NCBI GenBank assembly: GCA_038872135.1
Contig: JAVZGN010000002.1
Span: forward strand, 1-64,000
Reading direction: 5' to 3'
Source: Candidatus Hadarchaeales archaeon
GTDB taxonomy: Archaea; Hadarchaeota; Hadarchaeia; Hadarchaeales; Hadarchaeaceae
DNA: 64,000 nucleotides
How positions within the stretch are numbered: position 1 is the first letter of the stretch; the number at the start of each line of letters is the position of its first letter. The notes beneath the pieces were generated by a model. The model made no database searches. It worked only from the letters and a program-made list of their open reading frames with translations, and was not told the origin of the DNA. This document shows positions 47,055-57,436 of this stretch, piece by piece. The position numbers and the translations under genes were made by a program.

Positions 47055-48659
47055 CTATTTTTTCTTCTTCAGCAGCTCCCGGTAGGTTTCGATGATGTAG
47101 GGCTCTCTTTCGAAAAGCTGCCGCTTGATTGTATCCAGCGCAGCCATGTGCATTTCTCTCACCCTTGGTGGAACGCGTTCGATTTTCTTCTCTTTCTTCC
47201 AGGTGCGGTAGATGTCCTCCAGCCTCCTGAGAATCTCGATCCTCTCGGCTTCCTCGGCTTTCTTCATCGCCTCTATGTTCACGATGATTCCGCGAACGCC
47301 GATAAATTTCCCATCCACCACAATCGGCCTGCACCGGATGAGCGCCGGGAATTTTGTCCCATTTTTCCTCACGGCTGTGAACTCTCCTTCCCAGGTCTTG
47401 GGCTTCCTCAGGAGGGACTTCAGCCGGCCCTGATCCCTTTTTGCCAAAAGCCTTGAAATTGACATCCCAGCAATTTCTCTGTCGGAAAATCCAAACTCCT
47501 TCTGGCCGGTGGAGTTAAGAAAAGTCAGCTTTCCATCGGCCCCCACCTCGAACACAGTTTCTGGAAGGAGATCAACTAGCTCCCGGTACCTCCTCTCACT
47601 CTCCCTCAGCCTCCACTCTGCTTCTTTTAACTCAGCAACCGTCTTTTCCAGCTCGGCTGTTCTTTCTCTGACCATCTCCCCCAGCTCCTCCCTGGAAGCC
47701 GCCCTGAACTTTTCATCCTCGAGAAGTCCCGGGGGAAGGCCAACCGCCAGCCTGGAAAATGCTTCCGCCCCCACCGCCTGCTCCTTCACCCTGTAGTAGA
47801 TCTGAGAAAACTTTTTTTCTGCAAATTTTGGAGAGGTGAGCGCCCCAAGGAGATATATCAGCCTTGAGTTCAAAAGTGAGAATGCCGGCGCCAGTTTTTC
47901 CATCGCTTCCTCCAGCCCCATCTTTGAAACCTTTGGCGCAAGCCTGCTGCAGTCCAGCCTCCCTCTTTCTGTTATCTCACAATCCTCGAACACGTTGTGG
48001 TCGCGCGAGCACTCAATAAATATCTCTCTGACAGGTTTGATGCCGGAAATCTTTGCGATGACGCTCAAAAACATGTTTGTGAGCTCGGTGTAGGCGCGCA
48101 GAAGTCCCACGCTATCCTTGAGAAGCAGTTTCTCCTTCGGGAGCAGAATTGCGCCACCTATTTTACTGTGAAGTTTCCTTTCCCCAAAAGCGATGCCCCC
48201 AAGGCCAAAGCTGAGGAGCACCTGTGCAACCGCTCCATGGGGATATACCTCTGAAGCAGGAAGAAAGAGGATCAAAAAGGGCAGCGCCAGAAGGAGGGAG
48301 AGTGCTCCCACGAGCCTATATTTTCCATGCTCAAAGGCACGGAGCATTGTCAACCACGGAATCTTCTTAACCTTCCTTACCACAACGCCTGAATAGACCA
48401 GCCCTGAGAGGGTGACCGCAAAAGCTGCTAAAAACAGGAAAAATGCGAGATACTTTCCACCGATGACCGTTAAAAAGATGTAGCCTATGAAAGGTGCAAC
48501 CGCCGAAAGGACAAAAAGGATTGAGCCGGCAGAAATCATATACTCGGCGTATGCTCCTTTCAGAAGGGTGGAATTCTTCCAGGCAAAGTACACGCATAAA
48601 ACCGCGAGAAGGGAGTCCACCGCGGCGAAAAACACAAAAACTAATGCAGCAACATCCAT
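47055..48659 (-). CDS. Multi-TM sensor-like protein with coiled coil and PAS domain, no kinase domain
   Basis: About 5-6 N-terminal TM helices; V.ERTAEL...LRESE.RYR.LVD..PE; N...FG; RK.G..FP; G.RGI..NI; short helical tail. Confidence 0.8.
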   Translation of the reverse strand: MDVAALVFVFFAAVDSLLAVLCVYFAWKNSTLLKGAYAEYMISAGSILFVLSAVAPFIGYIFLTVIGGKYLAFFLFLAAFAVTLSGLVYSGVVVRKVKKIPWLTMLRAFEHGKYRLVGALSLLLALPFLILFLPASEVYPHGAVAQVLLSFGLGGIAFGERKLHSKIGGAILLPKEKLLLKDSVGLLRAYTELTNMFLSVIAKISGIKPVREIFIECSRDHNVFEDCEITERGRLDCSRLAPKVSKMGLEEAMEKLAPAFSLLNSRLIYLLGALTSPKFAEKKFSQIYYRVKEQAVGAEAFSRLAVGLPPGLLEDEKFRAASREELGEMVRERTAELEKTVAELKEAEWRLRESERRYRELVDLLPETVFEVGADGKLTFLNSTGQKEFGFSDREIAGMSISRLLAKRDQGRLKSLLRKPKTWEGEFTAVRKNGTKFPALIRCRPIVVDGKFIGVRGIIVNIEAMKKAEEAERIEILRRLEDIYRTWKKEKKIERVPPRVREMHMAALDTIKRQLFEREPYIIETYRELLKKKK

Positions 48660-48737
48660 CTACTTTGCCTCCCAAACAGGCATTCTCTCATCCTCTGTTA
48701 AAAATTTATGATTAAAAAACTGCCGCTCCTAAACGCT

Positions 48738-49931
48738 TCAAATCAGCCCTTTCAGCTTCCAGAGAAGCTTCGGGTGGGCCTTCATGAGAACCTTGAGCAT
48801 GTCTGTGAGACTGATCCTGTCGAAATCTACGCTGCTGAGGACTTTTGCCAATTTGTCCAGCTCCTCATCACTCAGCTCCAGCAAGACATCCTTTGCCTTG
48901 AGATATCGCTCGAGCCTCTTCCCAATAGCCTCCCGCCACCTCTTCTCATATTCCTTCAACCTCTTCTCCGAGGTGTTGCCCTCCCTCACCGCCTTGGCGG
49001 CGACTTCCCCAGCGATGTTTCCGGCCCTCATCGCAGAGTCTATGCCGCCCCCCGTGAGTGGATTCACCTGCCTCGCCGCATCCCCGACTATCAGGAGATT
49101 ATCCCCAACCGTCTTCTTAGCCGGGCCGCAGACTGGGACGCCCCCAACATTTATTTCCACCACCCTTCCCTTCGAGAGGTTGGGCATCCGCGCCACAAAA
49201 TCCTTGAGATACTCCAGCGGCCTGCGCTCGGCCCTGCTCCCGATAACTCCAAGACCAACATTTGCATAATCCTCTCCCTTCGGGAAAACCCATGCATAGC
49301 CTCCAGGAGAAATCCTGCTCCCCAGGTAGAACTCCAGCAGTTCCGGTGACTCTAGGTCAACATCAACCATCTGAAACTGGGCGCACGTTTCGATGTCTGA
49401 GGGGCGAACCGTTGTGTTTATTCCCGCCCATCTCGCCACCCTCGAACCAACACCGTCGGCGGCGATTATCACCTTGGCTCCAACTTCTATTTTCCCGTGG
49501 ATTCCAGCTCCCCTCACCCCCGCCGGCTTCCTATCCTTGAAGATGATGCCGTTCACATAAGTGCCCACCATCATGTCCGCCCCCGCTTCCACTGCTCTCA
49601 ACGCCAGAAACTTGTCAAACTGCTTCCTGTTCAGAAGGTATCCAACCTTCCCCCCGGCCCTCTCCGCAATTTTTATTTCTATGCCCCCCGGAGAAACTAT
49701 CTTCACAGCTCTAGTCCTGTTTACCGCCCAGATCTCGTCTGGTTTTATCTTCAGCTCCTTCAGGACATCCTCGGCGAGAGCCTCCCCACATTGAACCGGA
49801 ACTCCAAGCTCCCGCCGCCTGTCTATCATCAACACGCTCGCTCCATTCTTCACGGCAGCATAGGCCGCCGTGGACCCGGCAGGCCCTGCCCCCACAACCA
49901 CAACATCATAATCTTTTCCTTGCAATTTCAA
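48738..49931 (-). CDS. Digeranylgeranylglycerophospholipid reductase (GGR)
   Basis: VVGAGPAGS, PVQCGE, ADG..S, PGGYAWVFPK, GDAA..VNPLTGGGI motifs. Confidence 0.93.
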   Translation of the reverse strand: MKLQGKDYDVVVVGAGPAGSTAAYAAVKNGASVLMIDRRRELGVPVQCGEALAEDVLKELKIKPDEIWAVNRTRAVKIVSPGGIEIKIAERAGGKVGYLLNRKQFDKFLALRAVEAGADMMVGTYVNGIIFKDRKPAGVRGAGIHGKIEVGAKVIIAADGVGSRVARWAGINTTVRPSDIETCAQFQMVDVDLESPELLEFYLGSRISPGGYAWVFPKGEDYANVGLGVIGSRAERRPLEYLKDFVARMPNLSKGRVVEINVGGVPVCGPAKKTVGDNLLIVGDAARQVNPLTGGGIDSAMRAGNIAGEVAAKAVREGNTSEKRLKEYEKRWREAIGKRLERYLKAKDVLLELSDEELDKLAKVLSSVDFDRISLTDMLKVLMKAHPKLLWKLKGLI

Positions 49932-50082
49932 TCGCCCCCACAGGGCATATCCTGGCGCACAACCCACACTCTGTGCACTTCTCCGTAGCCCAGACCGAGC
50001 CGTCAGTGGCCTCTATCGCATCCACGGGGCAGACGCTCACGCACGCCCCGCACCTCAGACAGAGCTGACCGTTAACCTTCAT
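49906..50082 (-). CDS. 2[4Fe-4S] ferredoxin (58 aa, not in the ORF track)
   Basis: Manual translation MKVNGQLCLRCGACVSVCPVDAI...CTECGLCARICPVGAI; directly upstream of GGR. Confidence 0.92.
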   Translation of the reverse strand: MKVNGQLCLRCGACVSVCPVDAIEATDGSVWATEKCTECGLCARICPVGAIEIARKRL

Positions 50083-51319
50083 CTTCCCAGAACTCCGTCA
50101 GTTTTTTCTGGACGCCTCCGACCACTTTTGGCATCCCAGGAAGTTCAATGTGACCATACTTTCCGCCTCCACCTGCGACAACCTTTAGATTTCCCTCCCT
50201 AAATGCCTTTATAACTTCCGCCACGCCATCCCCCGCCACTTCTCTCAGCTCCTCCAGCTGGGCGTTCACCAAGACTGAGATCTCGCTGCCAAACCTCGTG
50301 ACAAGACTCCGCCACGTAGCCTGCACCTCCTCATCGTGCGGGTCTTTCCCACCTTTGGAGAGCGCAATGATCTCCGCCAGGGGAACTACTCTGAAATACC
50401 TTGGCCTGTGGGGTGGGTGCCTCGGCTCCGGGTAGCTTGCAAGCTCATTCACCCTGTCCCACACACCCTTCTTTATCCATCCCCCGCAGCTCTCGCACCT
50501 CCACTTCAGAGCTCTTGCCCTTTCAATGGAATACTGGTTAAAGCATCTTGAGCATGCAGTTCGGTGATATTTTCCCAGCCTCGGGTCGAAGCCGACATTG
50601 AGAGAGATGCGCCTGCCTTCCTTCCTGAGAATCGCCATTTTCACCTCATCGAAGGTTGGCTCCTGCAGCTCCATTCTATTGAACTCCCTCCCAAGCTTGT
50701 CTGGCCAGGGGCTGTGGGCATCGGAGCATGAGAGGAAGGTGACCTCCTGAAGCTCCGCTATCCTGTCAGCCATGTCTGAATCTGCGCTCAGCCCGAGCTC
50801 CAAGAAGCTCACCCGATCGCGCATATCCCCATAGCAATCGCCCATTGAATCAAACTCTTTGTAAAGGCTGGTCCAAGGGGTAAAAGCATGCGCTGGACCT
50901 ATGAGGCAACCGGCAGATGTGACAATTTCAGCTATTTCTGGGGCGCTCAACCCAACGGTGGCCCTTCCATCGGTGGCAATGTCCGGGGAGTGGCTCGAAA
51001 ATTTTTCCCTCACAGTGTCCACCGCGCTCAAAGATGGAAAAATTATGAGATGGTGAACGCGGCTTGCGTCCTCAACCTCAGCCGTGAGAAGAAACCTGAT
51101 TCCTGTCTCCTCATGCTCAAGTGTTCCGTCATCCACCAACCGCAGGGTCTCCTCAACCTCCTCGCGCCAGGAGGGGTGGAAGATATCCCCGGTTCCGACT
51201 ATCTCCAGCCCCTTGAGCCTCGCCTGTCGGGCAATTGTCTCTATATCCATCCTTGAGGAGGTTGCGCCGGAAAACCTTGAATGGATGTGGAGATCTGCAT
51301 TGAATGGCTGGAGGTCCAA
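50072..51319 (-). CDS. endoQ: Endonuclease Q (PHP domain)
   Basis: ADLHIHS.FS..TS, GTGD, PAHAFTPW, ELGLSAD, SDAHS, LGKYH.TAC, KGV..RV.EL, GGGGKYG motifs. Confidence 0.9.
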   Translation of the reverse strand: MDLQPFNADLHIHSRFSGATSSRMDIETIARQARLKGLEIVGTGDIFHPSWREEVEETLRLVDDGTLEHEETGIRFLLTAEVEDASRVHHLIIFPSLSAVDTVREKFSSHSPDIATDGRATVGLSAPEIAEIVTSAGCLIGPAHAFTPWTSLYKEFDSMGDCYGDMRDRVSFLELGLSADSDMADRIAELQEVTFLSCSDAHSPWPDKLGREFNRMELQEPTFDEVKMAILRKEGRRISLNVGFDPRLGKYHRTACSRCFNQYSIERARALKWRCESCGGWIKKGVWDRVNELASYPEPRHPPHRPRYFRVVPLAEIIALSKGGKDPHDEEVQATWRSLVTRFGSEISVLVNAQLEELREVAGDGVAEVIKAFREGNLKVVAGGGGKYGHIELPGMPKVVGGVQKKLTEFWEDEG

Positions 51320-51323
51320 GCTA

Positions 51324-52088
51324 TCATCCTATGTAGGGAGTCTCCTCACCCGCTCTTTTTTCCTCCTCCCTTGCCCTTCTCTCCATCTCTTTCTTGAGCT
51401 TTTCCATCAGCTGCTCTGTGGCTCTGGCCTTCTCTTCAAGATTCTGCATGCTTATCTTCAACTTTAAAACTCCCATCAGGATTTCAAGAACCTCTTTGGC
51501 CGCCCTGGGATCAACCATCATCCCGTGGGTCTCGCCGAGAAGGCAGAGCCCCTTCATGCCCCTGAGCCTTCCCTTGGCGATGAGAAGGCCCGCCGCCCCT
51601 ATGATGGGCCCTCCTGTGATCTCCGAGGATATTGCACCGTAGGCCTCCGCCTCCCTCACAAGATCGATGTCGCCTAGAGCTATTACCTTCGGCTTCTCGG
51701 GAGTGTATCTTCCTGTTGCAAAGCCTCCGAGGGTGAAGAGGTACTGTGTCTTCATCTCCCAGACAAAATCTAGGACCCTCTCGACGATCTCATAGTGGCC
51801 CTCGGGAGTGGCAGACTGGACATCCCCAACCCAGATAAGGAGATCCCTTCCATCGACCTGGACGTGATAGATTTCATTTCTAAGGGGCCTCATTATCCCT
51901 CCTGCGCCAATAGAAACGTGATGGGGGAAATGGGGGGAGTAAAGCTCTGCAATCACCTTCCCCCTGAACTGTGAGAGAATGTGCTCCGCAGCAAGCTTTC
52001 CCACATAACCCATTCCCGGGAGCCCTTCGATCAGCACAGGTTGGGTGAGCTTCGGCTTCTCAAGCACCCTTAGAATTGTCGTCTTCAT
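51324..52088 (-). CDS. Proteasome assembly chaperone (PAC2) family protein
   Basis: EGLPG.G.VGKL, TLGG, I.GAAGLL, CLLGET.G..VDP, YIG C-terminus. Confidence 0.92.
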   Translation of the reverse strand: MKTTILRVLEKPKLTQPVLIEGLPGMGYVGKLAAEHILSQFRGKVIAELYSPHFPHHVSIGAGGIMRPLRNEIYHVQVDGRDLLIWVGDVQSATPEGHYEIVERVLDFVWEMKTQYLFTLGGFATGRYTPEKPKVIALGDIDLVREAEAYGAISSEITGGPIIGAAGLLIAKGRLRGMKGLCLLGETHGMMVDPRAAKEVLEILMGVLKLKISMQNLEEKARATEQLMEKLKKEMERRAREEEKRAGEETPYIG

Positions 52089-52249
52089 TGATAAACACCA
52101 GCCTCCGCCTTCATCCTCCTCCTGTATTTCCCATAGGGATCCTGCGGTGAGAATCTTGGTGGGTGGGGCTGTCCTGTGGGGCTCTTGCAGGAGGGACAGA
52201 GTTCTTTGAAGGTGTAGATGTTGCAGGACTTGCACTTCCTCATCTTCAT
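52085..52249 (-). CDS. nop10: H/ACA RNP protein Nop10 (not in the ORF track)
   Basis: Manual translation [21 protein letters not shown]...[16 protein letters not shown]; canonical position after aIF2-alpha. Confidence 0.95.
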   Translation of the reverse strand: MKMRKCKSCNIYTFKELCPSCKSPTGQPHPPRFSPQDPYGKYRRRMKAEAGVYQ

Positions 52250-53037
52250 TCCTCTCCCCTCACCAGCTCCCCTTTTCCGCCACTTTTCGAGATTTCTTCT
52301 ATTGCTGTCTCCGCAAACCTCTTCAGCTGCGCCTCCCCAACCTTGTAAGAGGGTGCAACAATCTTTATCATGTATCTTGGAGCCCCGAGATATTGGATCT
52401 CCACCTTGACGCTCTCATCGCTCACAGCTTTCTCGGCCATCATCAGAGAAGATTTTATTAATTCAATGCCGTTGGGAGCAAAAGAGGTCAGCGAGAGTGT
52501 GCCGCTCACCATGAACCTTGGCTTTTCCACAGTTGCCGCGGCCTGTTCCTCTATCAGCTTTGCCCACTTCTTACCGACGACCTCCTCGAGGGAGCCTGGC
52601 CTCTGAATTGCGGCCTCAAGAGCAGCATAGAGGTCGCCGAACTTCTCCTGGAGGGGGAATCCAGCCTCGGCATAAGCCTCATCCAAGGTTTTCCCAAGCT
52701 TCTGAGCCACTAGCTCCAGGAGCTTCTCCGCGCGCTGCTCAAGCTTCAGACGCTCCACCTTCCACCTTCTCTCGCTGTCCTTCACCCTCCTGATCGAGAG
52801 ATCAACGCTCCTCCTCTCAGGGTCGGAGAAGAGAACCTTGCAAACCACCTTCTGCCCCTCCTTGATGTGATCGCGGATGTTCTTTATCCACCCAGATGCC
52901 ACCTCTGAGATGTGCACCATCCCCTCCTTTCCCCCATACTCATCCAGGGAAACAAAGGCCCCTTGGGGGAAAATTTTAGTCACGGTGCAGAGAACTAGCT
53001 CTCCGGCTGATGGCCACTCAGCCCTACGCCTTACCAA
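52246..53037 (-). CDS. eif2a: Translation initiation factor aIF2 alpha subunit
   Basis: P..GELV..TV, LDEY...[22 protein letters not shown] motifs. Confidence 0.96.
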   Translation of the reverse strand: MVRRRAEWPSAGELVLCTVTKIFPQGAFVSLDEYGGKEGMVHISEVASGWIKNIRDHIKEGQKVVCKVLFSDPERRSVDLSIRRVKDSERRWKVERLKLEQRAEKLLELVAQKLGKTLDEAYAEAGFPLQEKFGDLYAALEAAIQRPGSLEEVVGKKWAKLIEEQAAATVEKPRFMVSGTLSLTSFAPNGIELIKSSLMMAEKAVSDESVKVEIQYLGAPRYMIKIVAPSYKVGEAQLKRFAETAIEEISKSGGKGELVRGEE

Positions 53038-53212
53038 AAGGCTCAGCCTCCCCGATCACTATCCCCTTCACCTTCGCTTTCCCTCCCGCCGGAACTGCCA
53101 GAGTCTTCTCGCACACCCTACATCTCACGACAGTTGTGGCGTGGCTGAAGATCACCTGCTCATTGCCGCAGCCGGTGCATCTCACCTTGATGAACCTTCC
53201 TCCCAAGGCCAT
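53024..53212 (-). CDS. rps27e: 30S ribosomal protein S27e
   Basis: [17 protein letters not shown]...LA.P.GGK pattern. Confidence 0.96.
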   Translation of the reverse strand: MALGGRFIKVRCTGCGNEQVIFSHATTVVRCRVCEKTLAVPAGGKAKVKGIVIGEAEPFGKA

Positions 53213-53490
53213 CACTCCTCAAACTTTATCGCCTTGCTCCTGAACCCCTTCCTTGGGTGGGATTTCCCGCAAACAGAGCATTTCAGGAGGAGGGATATTT
53301 TCTTCGCCGTCTTGAAGAATTTTCTCTGCTCCGACCTTGGCTGGCTCCCGTAGCCCCTCATGACCCTCATGAACTGGCGCTGCCCCCAGCTTAGAGGGCT
53401 CGCCGAGCGCTTCTTCACCTGGGAGACGGTGTGCTCGGTGTGCCTTTTGCATGTGGGGCAGTATGTTTTGATTTTTTTCGGGACCTTCAT
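53212..53490 (-). CDS. rpl44e: 50S ribosomal protein L44e
   Basis: MK.PK...TYCP.CK.HT.H, WGQR, GYG, C..CGK motifs. Confidence 0.96.
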   Translation of the reverse strand: MKVPKKIKTYCPTCKRHTEHTVSQVKKRSASPLSWGQRQFMRVMRGYGSQPRSEQRKFFKTAKKISLLLKCSVCGKSHPRKGFRSKAIKFEE

Positions 53491-53598
53491 CGATATCACC
53501 CAGACTTCTCAATCCTGGGGATAAAAACTCTTCTTCATCGGAAGCTTTCAAGCTCTGGACTGCCCGCATTCTCCTGAAAATTTATGGAATCTAGTCGC

Positions 53599-54153
53599 TC
53601 AAGTCTTTATCTTTATCCTCTTCAAATACCCGTGCCTTTCGAGGAAGCTCACATTCCACTCAGGCAGATTGACCAGGTCCCCCTTCTTGAATGGCCCGTA
53701 GAATTTGGCATCTGCTCCAGCAATTTTCTCCTGAAGATCTGTTAGGAAGATGGCGGGGGCTCTCGTCTTTGTCGGTGGTGCAGAAAGATCTATTGCTCCG
53801 CTCAGGGCCGGCTCAAGAGTCTTCGCAGTCAGACCCTCCAGGATCTCTCTTATTCCCATGAAGCTCGCCCTTTCCTGCTCAAGAGCTGCTGGAGGAATTT
53901 TGCCCGCTGCGATTTCCTTCAGAGCTTTCGAGACCCTGACCACATGGATTCCCCTGAGGAAAAATGATGCTGCCCTCAGCTCTCTATCCGCAAGCTCCTT
54001 CTGGAGAAGCTCCCCCCTGGCCAGCTCCTGCCTGAGATATGCTATGAGCTTTGCCGCATCCCGGTAGAAATGCTCGGGAAGCTCCGTGAGGTCCTTCGAG
54101 GAGAGCTCCCGGTTGTAAACTTCAATCAAGGTTTCGATTGTTATTTCCGTCAT
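53599..54153 (-). CDS. GINS complex subunit (Gins51-type)
   Basis: E....L..LP..FY, G.D...YGPF..GD.V.LP..N motifs; located between priS and rpl44e. Confidence 0.85.
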   Translation of the reverse strand: MTEITIETLIEVYNRELSSKDLTELPEHFYRDAAKLIAYLRQELARGELLQKELADRELRAASFFLRGIHVVRVSKALKEIAAGKIPPAALEQERASFMGIREILEGLTAKTLEPALSGAIDLSAPPTKTRAPAIFLTDLQEKIAGADAKFYGPFKKGDLVNLPEWNVSFLERHGYLKRIKIKT

Positions 54154-55103
54154 TCTCTCCTCTCCTTCACAAATTTTGGGATGGCGTCCTCGAGCCTGAA
54201 GCTTTCGAGATTCTTCACAACAATGCACTTCATGCTGACTCCTGAGTGGAGGGAAGATGGAAGGCGCAGAATTCTCTTTGTGTCGACAGTGACCTTTCCA
54301 TCTGTGAACTCTGAGTTGAGCCTCGCCAGAGCAGAAAGGAGCTTTGTGATCGTTTCCGCGCCAAGGCCCTTCAGGCTGAAAATCTCATCGGTGTTGCCAC
54401 TTCTGAGACAGTTTATGATGTGCTGCTTTTCCTCCAGGAGCCTAGCAAGAGTTCTCCTGACACCCACCTCCGCCGCCAGCCTCTTCTCATCCATCTTCTC
54501 AAGGGTTCTCGCCGCCCTCTCCCTGAAGACCTTTGAATATCCAAGGAGAAGGGAGAGATTTGACGGGACCACCCCGCCAGCTACATATGTCACAAACTGG
54601 CTCCTCTCCGTGGTCTCAAGATGCATGGCTGCCTCATCCAGAATCCTTATGTGAAAGCCCCTGCCTGAATAGGAGGTCACGATGTTTCTGAATCCCAGGT
54701 CGCCCTTTAAGGTATCGATGAACTCCAGCGCCACATCCCTCGCCTGGTAGATGCATGACTCGCACACCTTTCCCTCGGCGCAGCCGCAGGATTTGACGGG
54801 GAGATCTTTTGCATCTATGTCCAGGGCCAGCTCCGCCTTCAGCCACCCCTCGCGCTTTGTGGGCCTTTCATAGAGGGCGACGCTGGTGTAGGCGGAGTAG
54901 GGGGCCATGTTTTTCAAAAATTCCTCAAGCTGCTCGACCGTCATGAACTGGTTGTATCTGTGGCTGGGGCCGCTCCCGTCAAGGTCAAAACCGAACTCTC
55001 TGAGGGAAAGGGTCTGACGGACGAAATCTGGGAGGTCCCGCTTGTTCCACTCTTCCCTGTAGAAAATCTGCCGCTCATCTCTCGTTGCCTCCCTCATCAG
55101 CAT
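54150..55103 (-). CDS. priS: DNA primase small subunit
   Basis: REFGFD, ELALDID, YSGRGFH, D.KVT.D.KRILRLPSSLH motifs. Confidence 0.96.
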   Translation of the reverse strand: MLMREATRDERQIFYREEWNKRDLPDFVRQTLSLREFGFDLDGSGPSHRYNQFMTVEQLEEFLKNMAPYSAYTSVALYERPTKREGWLKAELALDIDAKDLPVKSCGCAEGKVCESCIYQARDVALEFIDTLKGDLGFRNIVTSYSGRGFHIRILDEAAMHLETTERSQFVTYVAGGVVPSNLSLLLGYSKVFRERAARTLEKMDEKRLAAEVGVRRTLARLLEEKQHIINCLRSGNTDEIFSLKGLGAETITKLLSALARLNSEFTDGKVTVDTKRILRLPSSLHSGVSMKCIVVKNLESFRLEDAIPKFVKERRE

Positions 55104-55253
55104 GATGTCCCCATCTAAGTTAAGGTGCGAAGGAAAAAAGCATCACTATTTGGGGGGCCACGGTCATCACCACATCATCCTGCAAAGGCAACCGGTCGGG
55201 ACAGGCGACCACCCTCTATTTTAACCCGGTCTGCGACTTTCTTACGGTGGGGC

Positions 55254-56132
55254 ATGAAAATCTCCGAGACAAGCGCAAGGGATGTGGGGCTGGCGATCCC
55301 CCAGCGAAAGCCAGAGGCTCACAAAGGGGACTTTGGGAGGTTGCTTGTGATCGGTGGCAGCCCTAGATATGTGGGCGCCCCAGCCCTAGCGGCTTTAGCT
55401 GCCCTCAGAAGCGGGGTGGACCTCGCGATTGTCGCCGCCCCGGAGAAGGTAGCCTGGATGATAAACTCCTTTTCCCCAGATCTCATCACGGTAAAGTTGC
55501 CCTGCGAGGAGCTGGAGCCCTCAGTCATTCCCTCCTTAAAAGAAGAACTCGCAAAAGCCACAGCTCTTGTCATCGGGCCTGGGCTCTCTGGCTCACAAAA
55601 AGTTTTGTCGGCCGTCCGCGAGATCATCGAGATCCTAAAGGGAGAATTCTCATCGTTGCCCGCGGTCTTCGACGCAGACGCCCTGAAACCATTTGCAGAA
55701 ATTAAACAGCGCCTCGAGATGCCCTGGATTTTAACCCCTCACGCAGGAGAGTTTAGGTTGCTCACCGGTGAAGAACTCCCTGGCTCCACTCAGGAAAGGG
55801 CAGAAGCTGTTGCCGCCCTCTCTCAGAGGATGGGAGTTACCGTTCTCTTGAAGGGCCATGCGGACATCATTGTATCTCCAGATGGGAGGGTAAAAATAAA
55901 CAGGACTGGGAATCCGGGGATGACCGTCGGTGGTACCGGGGATGTCCTTGCGGGGGTGGTTGGGGCCTTCCTCGCCCAGAAGAACCTTCCATTTGCCGCG
56001 GCTGCCGCCGGGGCGTGGGCCTGCGGAAGGGCGGGCGACCTCTGCCTCAAAGAAATCGGATATGAGTTCACAGCCTCAGATGTAATAAATATGCTCCCGT
56101 ATGTCTTTAGAGAGATTAGGAGGCGGAGATGA
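55254..56132 (+). CDS. nnrD: ADP-dependent NAD(P)H-hydrate dehydratase
   Basis: [45 protein letters not shown] motifs. Confidence 0.93.
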   Translation: MKISETSARDVGLAIPQRKPEAHKGDFGRLLVIGGSPRYVGAPALAALAALRSGVDLAIVAAPEKVAWMINSFSPDLITVKLPCEELEPSVIPSLKEELAKATALVIGPGLSGSQKVLSAVREIIEILKGEFSSLPAVFDADALKPFAEIKQRLEMPWILTPHAGEFRLLTGEELPGSTQERAEAVAALSQRMGVTVLLKGHADIIVSPDGRVKINRTGNPGMTVGGTGDVLAGVVGAFLAQKNLPFAAAAAGAWACGRAGDLCLKEIGYEFTASDVINMLPYVFREIRRRR

Positions 56133-56278
56133 TGGCTAGGTTTGAGGTGGCCGAAAAGAGGCTCTTCAATGTGCTGATATGCATGAAGTGCAATGCCAGA
56201 AATCCCATCAAGGCTACAAAATGCCGGAAGTGTGGATACAAGGGGCTCAGGCCAAAATCGAAGGAGCCGAAGGGATAA
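56132..56278 (+). CDS. rpl40e: 50S ribosomal protein L40e (not in the ORF track)
   Basis: Manual translation [45 protein letters not shown]. Confidence 0.96.
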   Translation: MARFEVAEKRLFNVLICMKCNARNPIKATKCRKCGYKGLRPKSKEPKG

Positions 56279-56282
56279 ACCC

Positions 56283-57050
56283 ATGACTGAGAAACCTGTT
56301 GAAAAACACCTGAAAGATGTTATCAAAAGGGATGGAGTGGCTCACCTCACGCTGATAGACCCTGCAAAGCAGAAGCCCGAGGTGGCCGGGGAGATGGCCA
56401 GAGATGCTGAGATAGCCGGCACAAATGGAATAATGGTCGGGGGATCCACGAAAGCTACAGGGAAGATCCTCGACGAAACTGTCCTAGCAATCAAGCGCAG
56501 GAGCAGCCTGCCGGTCATCCTCTTCCCAGCCAGCGAAGGGGGAATAACTCACTATGCTGATGCAATCTTTTTCATGAGCCTCCTGAACTCCCGAGATCCC
56601 TATTTCATCACAGGGGCGCAGATGAGGGGAGCACCTCTGGTGAAGAAGTTTGGGCTGGAGCCGATTCCGATGGCCTACATTCTGATTGAGCCTGGGGGAA
56701 CTGCCGGGAAAGTTGGGAAGGCTGAGCTAATTCCCCGCGACTCCCCCGAAACCGCTGCTGCCTATGCTCTCGCCGCCCAGTATCTTGGAATGAGCTTTGT
56801 CTATCTTGAAGCCGGGTCGGGGGCGGAGGAACCGGTCCCAGTCGAGATGGTCAGGGCTGTGAAGAAGGAGATAGAAATCCCGCTGATAGTTGGAGGGGGG
56901 ATAAGAGAGCCTGAGGCCGCGGAAGAGATAGTGAAAGCTGGAGCAGACATCATAGTTACTGGGACTGTTGTTGAAAAGGCGACGGACAGGGCCACAGAGC
57001 TGAAGAGGATCATAGACGCTGCAAAGAAGGTCGGAAGGAAGCCTACTTGA
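56283..57050 (+). CDS. Geranylgeranylglyceryl phosphate synthase
   Basis: TLIDP, MVGGS, LFP, FMSLLNS, YLEAGSGA, VGGGIR, GAD.IVTG motifs. Confidence 0.94.
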   Translation: MTEKPVEKHLKDVIKRDGVAHLTLIDPAKQKPEVAGEMARDAEIAGTNGIMVGGSTKATGKILDETVLAIKRRSSLPVILFPASEGGITHYADAIFFMSLLNSRDPYFITGAQMRGAPLVKKFGLEPIPMAYILIEPGGTAGKVGKAELIPRDSPETAAAYALAAQYLGMSFVYLEAGSGAEEPVPVEMVRAVKKEIEIPLIVGGGIREPEAAEEIVKAGADIIVTGTVVEKATDRATELKRIIDAAKKVGRKPT

Positions 57051-57267
57051 TGAGCCCCCTGTGCTTTGCGCAGGAGATGCAGGCGTAAGCCTTCTGGTAG
57101 GGGAGAAAAACCCTTCTCCTGTCGATGCCCGGGATATTTTTCAAATCTATTCCAGGGCCCCGTCTCACCTCAACTGCCTTCACCCTCGGGGTGAGGCGCC
57201 CGCAGTAGACACATGAGACCGGTTGGCTCCTTCCACCCACCTTGTAAAGTCCCCATTTCTTTCCCAT
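57043..57267 (-). CDS. Ribosomal protein eS26 (S26e)-like Zn-finger protein
   Basis: GR.QPV.C..CGR..PR.KA ... Y.C.SCA.H.G. matches the eS26 pattern CxxC...CxSCAxH. Confidence 0.75.
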   Translation of the reverse strand: MGKKWGLYKVGGRSQPVSCVYCGRLTPRVKAVEVRRGPGIDLKNIPGIDRRRVFLPYQKAYACISCAKHRGLIK

Positions 57268-57436
57268 GACTATCGCTACCTCTCTTCTTTTGCCGCTATA
57301 ACTGTTGTGCTTTGAGAAGAATCATCAGCTATTATAACCCTGAGAGTTTCACAGACTCCATTCTGAAAAAAGCCTGAAATTTAGTGATGCACAAAGATGT
57401 TATAGAGCCGCAGACAAAGGTTCATCTGGGAAATCA

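Noticed and set aside
48738-50082. Ferredoxin-GGR coupling as a new system
   Set aside because: Ferredoxin genes next to archaeal geranylgeranyl reductase are already known.
53500-53598. Possible C/D-box sRNA between gins and rpl44e
   Set aside because: Only a weak C-box-like GATGAAG with no properly placed CTGA D boxes.
55254-56132. NnrD without a fused NnrE epimerase
   Set aside because: Standalone dehydratases are common; not unusual.
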